A stretch of 63,585 nt of DNA, filler included, from Octopus bimaculoides (GCF_001194135.2; 9 parts of 9 records of this genome joined end to end with filler, not necessarily neighbours in it); one strand, 5' to 3'; numbered from the whole stretch's first letter, positions 38,481 to 50,582 are shown. The notes: generated by a model not told the origin, from the letters alone. Numbers and translations: made by a program.

Positions 38481-40606
38481 ACTTGATGTCATTAACAATG
38501 CTCGTTTTATTCAGGCTGATATGTATAATGATACACAAGATTCTTTCTGTCATGTTATTTTCAGTAATAATGATAACTTATAAGAGATTGTTTGCTTATG
38601 GAAGAGATTCATCACATCGAATTGAAAATTTTGCATTTGTTTTTCCTTTGGAAGACGCTAATGACAAGCGATGCTCCACATATTCGATTCCTAGACTGTT
38701 TTATATGAGTTTTTACTCCATCAAATAACATTTAGTTATATATACCAAAAATCTGATAGCAAGAAGGTGATATAGTTCGAACAATTTCCGAGTCCTTTAA
38801 TGTGATGAAGATTGTTTTTATCGGTTGATCATTTTAGTTGGTCTTGCGACCATCTGCACTGCTGTGTTGATTTCATTGGATGAATTACTGGTATGGCATT
38901 TGTGGAGGGTTTTTAATGCTGCTGTGTAAAAAAAAAAAGTCGTAAAGACCATGGCTTCCTGTTTAAAGGATAGCTGTTCTGTTTACATATTTAATTGTGT
39001 TACGAGTTGAAATGTTAAAGATTTAATGAGAAGTTAAAAGAAAAAAGGAAATTTCTTCAACAACGCTTTTAATAATAATATTATTTAAAGTAGTAATGTA
39101 TATAATTTTTAGTTTGTTGTGCATTTTTGTCAATAGGTATGTAGGAAATATAGAATATTTGAATAGCCAGAAAAATTCGAGAGAGGTCTTAACGTGCGCC
39201 TCACGATATATAGACTTCAGCCGCAATAAGAGGACCAACTTCTGGGATTCGAGAGGGTTCTTTTTGCATTTAGGTGCGAAAATGAAAAAGCTTCATTTTT
39301 GTCTGTCAAGTACTATTAAAAGTTACGTCAAAAGAAAAAAAAAAAACGCCTAGCTGGAAAAAGTGTCAATAGGCATTTGTTATGTTATTGAGTTCACTAA
39401 TTTGTATGAGCATATTCTATGAGCACTCGTGTGTACGACCGTCTGATTGCTTGATTTATTTGCTTGACTAATGACAAACACACTTCGAGAGGATTCGTGT
39501 AACATATAACTTCTTTGATATCCCGTCGTCTATGTTAAAAGTTACTGTTGACCACAATTAGCTATATCATATTCCTGAACTCATTATAACAGTAATATGT
39601 ATACATTCATATGATCACTATTAAGGAAATTTGTTTGAAAATGTGAGTAAAGCTCTAGTTAGCCCGTGTTTTCAGGAACTCCATGGCGTGAAGTGAGCAT
39701 AACACTAATAAAATCTTGGTTTGTTGCGTCAGAGCGTTTGAATCCCGTTTTGGTGGCGTCTGCATTAAAGCATGTATAGTCACGAATATGATTACGATAT
39801 GTAGAAGTTGCTGTGACGATAGAACTGACATGCTACGGTGCAGTATTTATTTTAAAGCTGTGTTTCATGGTCTGTATTGCTATTAAGTCAAGAGTACCAA
39901 ATTTGAGAAAAAAAAAAAATGTTGGTTTTGTATCTTTCAACAGCAAGCATGGTCGATTTTTTTTATAAGTTGGGAATCAATATGCCCAAGTCGGTACTCC
40001 ATACTTCTCCAGCTCAGTAGTTAGTCAGCAGGAGAATGTTTCTTTTAAGCTGCATTACTATATCTTAGACGCAATTTCGTCTACCGTAAAATATACATGA
40101 ATCTGAGCAAAGTATCGATGGAGCACCGTTCACAGCAGAGGCATCGAAAATGAAGTCACTGTTTGCTGGAATTGGATTCAAAATACCACTACAGGTAACA
40201 ATAAAAATTTTACGTTGAGCTAGATTAGCAAAAGAAGAATTAAAGTAATTGGAATATGCAGCAAAATATTAAAGCATACAGATAAAGAAATTATAAGATT
40301 TGATCTCAGTCGGGAGAGCAGAAAAAGAATTTCCAAGAGTGGCGACAATTCGTTTCTCTTTCAATTATTTGTCTATCTGTGACTATTAATACAATGTGGA
40401 AGCTGTATAATTTTCATTCTTTGAGAGATAAAAGTTTTTGTAGTGCTATGAATTTAAATGTTAATATACATGTAACGACTAGTTGAAAAACAGGAAATAT
40501 CTCCAACTATGTTTTTTGATAACACTAAGTAGTCATAAACAAACAGTCTAGTTTCATACGTAATTTGTACAGAGATGTGTGTGGAATAGTGGAATAGATA
40601 AAGAGC

Positions 40607-40717
<111 letters not shown>

Positions 40718-40896
40718 NNNNNNNNNNNNNNNNNNNNNNNNNNNNNNNNNNNNNNNNNNNNTTAATTAATTAANNNNNNNNNNNNNNNNNNNNNNNNNNN
40801 NNNNNNNNNNNNNNNNNTATATATATATATATATATATCCCTATCTGAACTGAGATAGGGTTAATACGGTTCTCATTATTTGATTTTTTATTAAAG

Positions 40897-41105
40897 GGGT
40901 GAGCTGGTAGAATCGTTAACGCGCCGGGCGAAATGATTAGCAGCATTTCGTCCGTCTCTGCGTTCTGAGTTCAAATTCTGCCGAGGTCGACTTTACTTTT
41001 TATCCTTTCGGGGTCGATAAATTAAGTACCAATTAAGCGCTGGGATCGATGTAAGCGATGCGCCCCCCCCCTAATTTCAGGTGTTGCACCTGTAGTGGAG
41101 AGGAT
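40897..41105 (+). mobile_element. SINE family B
   Basis: Head, B-box region and conserved block align to other copies. Confidence 0.9.
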
Positions 41106-41171
41106 CGTCACCTCACAAATTGGTGTCTGTCCATGTGAGGTCCCCTTCAATAATGCCCCAATGGCTAATTT

Positions 41172-41523
41172 TATTATTACACTATTATTGTTTTCAGTCC
41201 TGTTTGTTTCTTTGTTTGTCCGTAGACAAGATATCTCAAGAACCGCTGGATGGATCCAGATGAAACTTTCAGGGATGTTTGGCATCGTGACTGGTACGAA
41301 CTGATGAGATTTTGAGATCGATCCGATACCGGACAAGGATTCTGGATTATTTTTTCTGTTTTTTTACTTTATTTTTTAGAGCGGTCAAGTTCATTTTTAG
41401 TATTCTTGTTTGTGAGAGCATTCGAGTTTATTTCAGATATTCTCATTTTAAAAATCATCTCCGTCTAACCGTTGAGAGGACATTGGTGCTGTCTTGGCGG
41501 AGGTATGGACTCCCTGAGCGCTC

Positions 41524-41525
<2 letters not shown>
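41172..41525 (+). mobile_element. Non-autonomous Helentron-associated (HINE/DINE-1-like) element
   Basis: Has the (TGTT)n-like tract followed by gatatctcaagaaccgctggatggatc...tgaaactttcaggg, and the 3' end CTTGGCGGAGGT...GACTCCCTGAGCGCTCT before a T-rich tail. Layout recalled from HINE-type elements; the 5' subterminal repeat is degenerate. Confidence 0.55.
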
Positions 41526-41590
<65 letters not shown>

Positions 41591-41842
41591 TACTATTACG
41601 GAATTTGAACTCTGAACATGAAGACGGACGAAATGCCGCTAAGCATATTGTCCGGCGTGCTAACGATTCAGCCAGCTCGCCGCCTTATGTATGTTTTATT
41701 AAAAGCCCTCACTATTCACCAATCAGGTCCCTGTATAGGTCCAAAATCCGCGCTGGTTTGGTGATTTTACTTTGAGAAATATATAAGATCTGAGTTCACG
41801 AACGATAGAGCGAGGGTGACCCCCGCATCCATATCCACCAGC

Positions 41843-42035
41843 CAGTGGTGTTTTAAGGGTATGGACAGACTGGACAATGGCCCCGGTGAGGTGGGGTGAG
41901 AGAGAAGAACCAAGGGTTTAGGGGTACAATTACCTGCCTTATGTATGTCTTTGCTTTGCTGTCAGTAAACAAATACGGCAGGGCCCCAGTGCACTGCTTT
42001 CAATGGGAGCCTTTAAAGCAGTTAAGACAGCCCTC
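41843..42035. mobile_element. Possible hAT-type MITE
   Basis: Starts CAGTGGTGTTTTAAG and ends GTTAAGACAGCCCTC (about 10/15 complementary); internal gggccccagtgcactgcttt. No TSD seen. Confidence 0.35.
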
Positions 42036-43627
42036 ACCCCGAACCCGACCCTGCGCGCCCCTATTTTGATAGCAGGATAGATATCAAGTGTTCCTTTGAC
42101 ACATATACATGGATATATATATANNNNNNNNNNNNNNNNNNNNNNNNNNNNNNNNNNNNNNNNNNNNNNNNNNNNNNNNNNNNNNNNNNNNNNNNNNNNN
42201 NNNNNNNNNNNNNNNNNNNNNNNNNNNNNNNNNNNNNNNNNNNNNNNNNNNNNNNNNNNNNNNNNNNNNNNNNNNNNNNNNNNNNNNNNNNNNNNNNNNN
42301 NNNNNNNNNNNNNNNNNNNNNNNNNNNNNNNNNNNNNNNNNNNNNNNNNNNNNNNNNNNNNNNNNNNNNNNNNNNNNNNNNNNNNNNNNNNNNNNNNNNN
42401 NNNNNNNNNNNNNNNNNNNNNNNNNNNNNNNNNNNNNNNNNNNNNNNNNNNNNNNNNNNNNNNNNNNNNNNNNNNNNNNNNNNNNNNNNNNNNNNNNNNN
42501 NNNNNNNNNNNNNNNNNNNNNNNNNNNNNNNNNNNNNNNNNNNNNNNNNNNTATATATATATATATATATATGTCCTGGCAGTATAGACTGGCTTATCAG
42601 GAACAACAAGTGTTTGTAGACTAAGGTAGTAAATGTTTGCTGAGAAGTTCAACTATAGGGCCCTGATTATACACACGTACACACAAAACATATACATACA
42701 TAAACACACACACTGGGGCATACACATACACACAAGTATAACCTGGCTAGTTTGGTGGCTGGTTGGTGGGTAGGTGGGTGGACGTTTAGGTCTGGGTGAG
42801 CAAATGGTTAGGTGGTGGGGTGTGTAGTTTGTGAGGGTTCAATCTGGAATATTCAGGGTGGAATGTATTGAAACGGGTGGTATTCCGAATGGTGGACACT
42901 TCATTATTGAGCGGAATAATTCATAACCTGTTAGAATGAAGTCTGAGGTCGGATGGCAAATATCAAACAGAGAGAGGGAGAGAGATTGACACATGTATAT
43001 ACGCATACGTGTATAAATATATACAGGTATGCATTTGTCTTATATTATGTATGTATGCGTCTGTGTATGTGAGTATGTCTGAATAAATAAATATTCATAA
43101 CTGTGTGCCTGCGAGTCCGTGTGCACGTCAATCTGTGGGGGAGGACTGAATGCATGTCGGTGCGCATATATGCATTATGTATGTATGTATATATTATGTA
43201 TATATGTGTAAATATATGCGTGTATATCTATATAAGTATATACATGTATGTAAATGTATATATATACGTATATATGTATGTATATATATAAATATATACA
43301 TATATATATATATAAACATATATATGTATATATGCACGCACACATATATACATAAATATGTATATACATATACATAATATATGCATATATATATATAATG
43401 CATAGTTGCGCACACACATTTATGTAGGTGTGTATTTGTATGTAAGTGGGTGTGTGTGTGCGCGCGTGTGGGTGTGTGCCTGCGCGCGGTTGTAGGAGTT
43501 TTGGGGAAGTGATCAACTTCCTTCAGAATCTCTATAGTCCAGTTACTATAGCAACTGTAATGGTGACATTTATCAGGTCAAGTTGCAATGACCTGGACAT
43601 TTGACCTCTCACCTTCCCACCACTTCC

Positions 43628-43695
<68 letters not shown>

Positions 43696-44469
43696 CCCTC
43701 GTGAAAACGCCCTAAATTTTACTCGTGTATTTACTTTCATTCCTCAAATGTCGGTGGGGCATGAACATCACATACTCTCACATTTTGCTCTCTCTTACCC
43801 CTCCCCCCGTAGATATTAAGTCCGTATTCCTATATAGAACGACACTTGTAAGTCTAGCCTTTGCTCGTCTTGTATCTTTACATCAGTCATGGGCAAGCTG
43901 TGGCCCGCGAGACGTTCGGAATGGCACGTACTGAAAAATTACCTTTAATTTTCTGAGTAGTGTGGTCTGCCTGATGATGTGCCATGTCTTATGCAGCCCA
44001 CTTCTCGACAAAGGTTATTCATGCATGGCTTATATGCTCGCTCCTTCTGCAAGAAGCAACGAACAAACTTCCCTCAAATCACATTACACCGTCTTAAAAA
44101 TGGAAAGGACACGGTAATGTTGTGCTGGGGATTTTCGAGAGAAAAGAAAACGGCGTAGTGTACCAAGTTATAATAAAAGGACAACTGGAACGGAGCTAAT
44201 CTGAAACAGAACAACAACGACGACGATGATGACGACAACAACAACAACAAAAACAACAGGGGACCCTTGTACGGTCGTCTGACTTTGTTAGAAATAGCAA
44301 CCAAAGTCTCTTGAAGATACACCATACACTCTTCAAATAGAAGGAATACATTGGATAGTCTAGTCCTAAATGCGTAACATGCGAGAGATGAGCAAAATGG
44401 TCGTAGCTGAAATGCCTTATACGTCTGTTTCAGCAAGGCTGACCTAGAGCTAAACTACGGCAATAATAA

Positions 44470-44700
44470 TGGTTTCTCTTTGAATAAAAGGACAGTAGTT
44501 TTGAGGGGAGGGAGCAGGTTGACACCATCAACTCCATTATTCGATTGGTACTTTATTTTTACCAACCACGAAAGGATGAAAGGCAAAGTAGATCCCGTTA
44601 GAATTCGAACACAGAACGTAGACAGCCGGAAGAAACCTCTAAGCCAGCTCACCGCCATTAATAATGTTTCAAACTTTGGTACAAAGCCAGCAAATTTAGG
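44470..44700 (-). mobile_element. SINE family B, diverged
   Basis: Reverse complement of the family B body. Confidence 0.8.
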
Positions 44701-44886
44701 GGGACACAGCTAGAACACCTTTGATCTACTCGATCGGGGTTGGCCTGGGGTTAAACAACAGCCACAACAAAACTTCGATAATTTCTCGTGTTTAATTAAA
44801 GTTGTTTTATGAACGCGAGGAACTTCACGGGAATTTGAACCTCTGTGTTGTTTCTGAGAGTTCCTGTAGATTCTTCATTTATACTC

Positions 44887-44997
44887 CCACCAGGTGTCGC
44901 CAAACTTCATTAACCAAACCACCAGATGTCGCCCTATAAACAGCATTATGCTGCAAGGTGTCGCCCTAAAGACAGTCAAATGCCACCGGGTGTCAGC
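44887..44997 (+). promoter_or_regulatory. Array of four CTCF-like 15-mers at an exact 32-bp period
   Basis: CCACCAGGTGTCGCC (44887), CCACCAGATGTCGCC (44919), CTGCAAGGTGTCGCC (44951), CCACCGGGTGTCAGC (44983), each separated by 17 nt. The array is certain; CTCF binding is inferred. Confidence 0.5.
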
Positions 44998-45477
44998 GTT
45001 AATATGAAGAAAATCTCTGTCTCTCTGCTGTCGCCATCATTCGTATTTGTGATGCACCCTGTACATGGGTGGCGTCGGGCACTTAAGAACTGTTGCACAC
45101 TGTTTAATATCAAAGGGTCAGATATGGATGGGGTGAGAAAAGGAAGGTGAGATTCTGATTCACAAATAAAGATTGTGTTGTGTGTGTGTGTAATACATAC
45201 ACACAGACATACATATGCATACATACAGCTGGACATATATATGTATATACTTATATATGTATACACACACACCCACATATATAAGCATGTATATGCACAT
45301 ACATGTATACATATATTTATTTATATATACACATGCACATAGATGTTATTTTAGAAATAACATAAGGTATACATGCCTGTGGAGAGCATGGTGTCAGTAT
45401 GTGAGTGAGTGTGTGAGTATATATATATATATATATATATACATACATACATACATACATACATACATACAGATATG

Positions 45478-45511
<34 letters not shown>

Positions 45512-45543
45512 TATACATACATACAGATATATGCACGGATATA

Positions 45544-45581
<38 letters not shown>

Positions 45582-45866
45582 CATATATGGAAAAAAGAGT
45601 ACTCAAATACCAGAGGTAGAGTAATATGCTTTATTTAAAAGCAGCAGAAATATACCAAAAGCTGTTACTCAGAGTTTCACGTTCCCATTCGTCTGACAAC
45701 TGTCCGANNNNNNNNNNNNNNNNNNNNNNNNNNNNNNNNNNNNNNNNNNNNNNNNNNNNNNNNNNNNNNNNNNNNNNNNNNNNNNNNNNNNNNNNNNNNN
45801 NNNNNNNNNNNNNNNNNNNNNNNNNNNNNNNNCATATACATACATACAGATATATGCACGGATATA

Positions 45867-45904
<38 letters not shown>

Positions 45905-45956
45905 CATATATGGAAAAAAGAGTACTCAAATACCAGAGGTAGAGTAATATGCTTTA

Positions 45957-46087
45957 TTTAAAAGCAGCAGAAATATACCAAAAGCTGTTACTCAGAGTTT
46001 CACGTTCCCATTCGTCTGACAACTGTCCGAAAACGGAAACATGAAACTCTGAGTAACAGCTTTTGTTATATTTCTGCTGCTTTTAAA
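45957..46087. repeat. 131-bp imperfect palindrome of PLE pseudo-LTR-like sequence
   Basis: Left arm TTTAAAAGCAGCAGAAATATACCAAAAGCTGTTACTCAGAGTTTCACGTTCCC; the reverse complement of the right arm differs at 3 of 53 positions. Confidence 0.92.
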
Positions 46088-46205
46088 GGCGGTGCTCCAG
46101 CATGGCTGCAATCAAATGACGGAAACAAATAAAGAATAAAGATATATATATAAAGGAATAAAAGAATATAGTGAAGAAACAAGAATAAACGCCTCAAAAC
46201 CTAAC

Positions 46206-46311
46206 TACACGACGCGTTTCAAAAGTATGGTTATTTTTTTAACAATGCGTAATACATTATATATTACGTAAGTATCCATTATTGCGTAACCATACCATTT
46301 CATCAGGAGAT
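46206..46311 (-). ncRNA. Hammerhead-like motif with canonical core and long stem II
   Basis: Minus strand reads CUC CUGAUGA AAUG GUAUGGUUA ... UAACCAUAC UUUU GAAAC GC GUC GUG. Stem III ACGCGU is palindromic; stem I is weak. Confidence 0.5.
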
Positions 46312-46559
46312 ATTCAACCTTCAATCGACGAAATACACTTAATGTATTTATAGATTGATTGATTGATTGATCGATTGATTGATTGATTGATTTCAGCCCG
46401 TTGACATAAAATTATACCGCTCACTGCATACTTGATCCACACGTGCATTTCGGATTTCAGCCCGTCATCCTGTTGTCTCGGTCATCCGTTCTCTACATTC
46501 AAGAGATAATAGAATGAATGCGATGCCAGCAATCTACTAATTTAGACTTTAAATATGTC

Positions 46560-47068
46560 CGTTTTTTCTTCGCCAACCAGTCAATATTTTTGAATGTTGA
46601 CTTAATGATTTCTCTGTCACTACTTCGGAATGTACGGACGTAAACATACCAACACCGGTGGTCATGCGATAATGGGAAGACAGAGACACAAACATACACG
46701 TACCCACGCGCACCCACACACGTATATACACACACACATACATACACGCACACATACACGCACACATACATACATACATACATACATACACACACATACA
46801 CACATACACACATATACATACATACACACATGCATACATAATGGATACACACACACGCATACATACATACAATACCATACATACATACATACTATACCAT
46901 ACATACATACACACATACAGACAGGCTTCTTTCAATTTCCATCTACCAAATCCAGTCACAAAGCTTTCGTTGGCCCGAAGCTATAACAGAAGACACTTGC
47001 CTAAGGCGCCACGCAGTGGGACTGAACCCGGAACTCAGCGGTTCAAAAGCAAACCGCGTCTGCGCCTA
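46560..47068 (-). mobile_element. SINE family A with an expanded central microsatellite
   Basis: Head reverse complement at 46920-47068; tail remnants at 46560-46700. Confidence 0.82.
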
Positions 47069-47799
47069 GTGTATATAACTTATTTGTATAAACATTTTAA
47101 TTGTACATGTAATGTATAAGTGTATATAATATTTCGGAATACATCCATTTAGCTGTGCGGGACTCCCATCCACCCCTCCCACTACCCTTCCACCCCACTC
47201 ACCCTGGTTTCTGCTGCTGTCTTTGATTCTGCAGATGTTCAGGCTGGGATCGGTTTCAGTCTGGGGGGGGGGGCAGAGAAGCTGCCTACATATCACACTG
47301 GTACCACCCCTCCTTCTCCTCACTAATTTACATAATTTATTAATGCTTAAAATTATATGATATAGATGTGTGCATAATGTTTAGAGTTTACCGTATCAAG
47401 TATGCTAACCCCGATGTGTCTATGTGTATATATGTGTGTGTGTGCGATGTGTTTGTGCATGTGTGTGTGTGTGCGTGTGTGTGTGTATACTATTTACGTG
47501 TAATAATATATTTATCTGTATAATTTATTAGTATATATAATTGATATGTTTATATAATTTAGCTGTGTGTATATTTTAGTTGTATATATAATTCTCTTCT
47601 GGATGCGACTTAGTTACACACACACACATGCACACACATTCACACATACATACACACACGCACACATACAGACGCTCGCACAGATACATACAGATGTATA
47701 TGCGTGTGTGTGTGTGTGTGTCTGGCAGAGCCTACAGATAACTTTAGGAATGTAAGCTAGACACCCCCCCCCCGAACTGGACGCCAGTTACTATCATGA

Positions 47800-48040
47800 A
47801 AAGCACTACGCGTCCCTCGTAGATTTCGGAAATTAGGGCCCAATGATAAGATATCGTAGTGTGCAAGGACCTACAGTTTTTCAATGCTTTGCCCTCAAAT
47901 TTAAGCGATCTTCAAGGTGCTGATATGCGTATTTCAAAAAAGGGACAAACGTCTCTTCATCTGGGGTCCCAGACTAACTTATGTAGCGGCAAGAAACACA
48001 AATCAGGGCAACGATATCCGACTCCCTCATTTCACGAAAA
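47800..48040 (+). mobile_element. Decayed CR1-like LINE 3' end
   Basis: Frameshifted QGP.LFNALPSNLSDLQG...FKK...GVPD resembles CR1 ORF2 C-termini. Confidence 0.5.
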
Positions 48041-48184
48041 ACTAGATAGGGCTGTGGAAATACANNNNNNNNNNNNNNNNNNNNNNNNNNNNNNNNNNNN
48101 NNNNNNNNTTAATTAATTAANNNNNNNNNNNNNNNNNNNNNNNNNNNNNNNNNNNNNNNNNNNNTATATATATATATATATATA

Positions 48185-48480
48185 TATCATCATCGTTTAA
48201 TGTCTGCTTTCCATGCTGGCATGGGTTGGATGGTTTGACTGAGGGCTGGTGAACCAGAAGCCTACACCAGGCTCCAATCTGATCTGGCAAACTTTCAACA
48301 GCTGGATACCCTTCCTAACGCCAACCACTCTGAGAGTGTAGTGGGTGCTTTTACATGTCACCGGCACGAGGGCCAGTCAGGCGGTACTGGCAACGACCAC
48401 ACTCAAATGGTGCTTTTTATGTGCCACCTGCACAAGAGCCAGTCAGTGGCTCTGGCAACGATCACACTCGAATGGTGCTT
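48185..48480 (-). mobile_element. RTE 3' UTR fragment
   Basis: catcatcgtttaatgtctgctttccatgctggcatgggttggatgg is the reverse complement of the RTE terminus at about 61265-61320. Confidence 0.88.
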
Positions 48481-48999
48481 TTCGCTAGAATATTGTTTAG
48501 GTTTCTTACAATCTCTACCAATCAAATTCACTCTCTAGGCTTTGGTCATCCCAGGACTATAGTAGTTGACACTTGTCCCAGTGAGAAAGAACTGAAACCA
48601 CATGGTTTTGAAGCGAACTTCTTAACTACACAACTATGCCTGCACCTATTCTTATCATATAGAAATGATTTGTATCTGCTTTGCAATTTACTTAATTTGA
48701 GAATCATGTGTTGAAGCAATGGCAGAATCACATTAAACTATTTAAAACCCATTTCTGTCTACTATATCCACATTTGTGATAATATCATATATAATATCAT
48801 CATAATATCATACAAAGTGTTGATAATTATCACACACCTATGACCTGGTCATTGATATAATTTCACCACACCACAATTGTTACATTAAGAGGAACTGTGT
48901 CACAATACAAGACCATAAATGTCTCACAATAATATAACAATGAGTTATGTATGTTTTGAATGGCTATCATGAGTTTCTGTAACATATACCATATATATT

Positions 49000-49215
49000 G
49001 GTTTCAAATTTTGGCACATGATCAAGTTTCAGAGGAGGGGGTAAGCTGATTACATCAATCCTCAGTGTTCAACTGGTGCTTATTTTATCAACCCTTGAAA
49101 GAAAAAAAGGCAAAGTTGACCCCGGCAGAATTTGAACTCACAATGTAAAGATGGATGAAACACTGCTAAGTATTTTGCTCAGCGTGCTAATGATTCTGCC
49201 AGCTTGCTGCCTCGT
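49000..49215 (-). mobile_element. SINE family B
   Basis: Reverse complement of the family B body. Confidence 0.85.
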
Positions 49216-49243
49216 CATAGATCACATATTATTATTATTATAA

Positions 49244-49560
49244 CTAGCTGACCCCGTGTGTCAAAACTGACAACTAATTGTTGTATTTTATATATAAATA
49301 AGGTACAAAACCAAAATTTTGGTTTAATAATTCTTTTATTACCAATTTTTTTCTGAAATATTTATCCACAACAAACACACCTTGACTGCTTGTTTCCCTC
49401 AAAAGAATTTTTAAGTTTTCCGTCCTTCTTGTATGACTTAAGGCCACATAAAGCTAATGGTGACTAAATACGGGAGCTGGCGAGTAAATACCAAATACAC
49501 AGAGTTGAAATGCTGTTTGGCTTTTCTTTTTAGTGTTGAATGTTCACCATCCAACTCCCA
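49244..49560 (-). mobile_element. Helitron 3' end: helicase C-terminus and CTAG terminus
   Basis: Minus strand reads VFSHH*LYVALSHTRRTENLKILL...LVIKELL (compare PVFSHGQLYVALSR...LKIL...IVYKELL), then ...TTTTGACACACGGGGTCAG CTAG followed by T at 49244. Confidence 0.8.
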
Positions 49561-49824
49561 TTGCACACACACACACACACACACACACNNNNNNNNNNNN
49601 NNNNNNNNNNNNNNNNNNNNNNNNNNNNNNNNNNNNNNNNNNNNNNNNNNNNNNNNNNNNNNNNNNNNNNNNNNNNNNNNNNNNNTCACCGTACAATTTC
49701 CATCATCCGGCTACTAAGTTTGCCATCACCCCTTCCTTCCTTATTCATCTATCACTCCTTCCTTTCTCATTCATATGTTGTGATGGAGAAAAACACAAGA
49801 GTATTATTATAGTAGATACTTCCG

Positions 49825-50040
49825 AAGGTGGTGAGCTGGCAGAATCGTTAAAGCATCGAGCAAAAATGCATCGAGCAAATTCCAGTGAGGTTGACTTTGC
49901 CTTTCATGCTTTCAGGGTCGATAAATTAAGTACCAGTTGCATACTGGGGTCGATAAATTAAGTACCAGTTGCATACTGGGGTCGATATAATCGACTGGCC
50001 CCCTCCCCCAAAATTTCAGGCCTTGAGCCTAGAGTAGAAA
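49825..50040 (+). mobile_element. SINE family B with an internal deletion and a 32-bp tandem duplication
   Basis: GGGTCGATAAATTAAGTACCAGTTGCATACTG starts at 49915 and again at 49947. Confidence 0.88.
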
Positions 50041-50260
50041 TGATTTCAAGAACTTTGCTGAGGATTCTTGCAATTTCAAGCAATGCTATTTTCTGTAGAT
50101 ACCCTATCTTCACATTTAGTCTTGTATTTTGTACTTATAGTTCCCAGGACTCCAACAACAGTGTACACTGCTCACCTTCTTCTGGGACCAAAGTCTTTTT
50201 ATATCTTACTTCAAGTTATCTTTTATCTCACACTTCAAAATAATTCCCCTTGGTATGAAA
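50040..50260 (-). mobile_element. Decayed R4/Dong-like LINE C-terminal fragment
   Basis: DIKRLWSQKKV...VVGVLGTIS...YLQKIALLEIARILSKVLEI across frameshifts. Confidence 0.7.
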
Positions 50261-50542
50261 AGACAATGTTATTACCTTATCTGTATGAAACCCTTTCTCC
50301 ACTCCCAGAAATCCCCCTTCCTATCATCCTTAGTTATGGAGGCCTTTTATCTTTTTCTGCTCTTTTCCTGTCTTGTAAGTTGCTTGATAACGTCACTATT
50401 GTCAACGGTGTGGGAAAAGCATCCAGTACACACAGCTGTAGAAACCATGTCAAAGCCAATTATAAAGCACAATGCAGCTCACCAGATTCTGTCAAACTGT
50501 GAAACCCATGCCGGCCTAGAAAACAGATGTAAAATGATGATT

Positions 50543-50582
<40 letters not shown>

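Noticed and set aside
40075-40200. AAAATGAAG...CTACAG/GTAACA as a possible first coding exon (MKSLFAGIGFKIPLQ)
   Set aside because: Only 15 codons, no recognisable homology and no downstream exon found.
44887-44997. CRISPR interpretation of the 32-bp periodic array
   Set aside because: Repeats are 15 bp and spacers 17 bp, spacers are partly related, there are no cas genes, and the context is eukaryotic.
45519-45707. Direct duplication of about 190 bp, repeated at 45833-46030
   Set aside because: The copies are identical and flank an N gap, and the first ends at the centre of the palindrome. Most likely an unmerged contig overlap.
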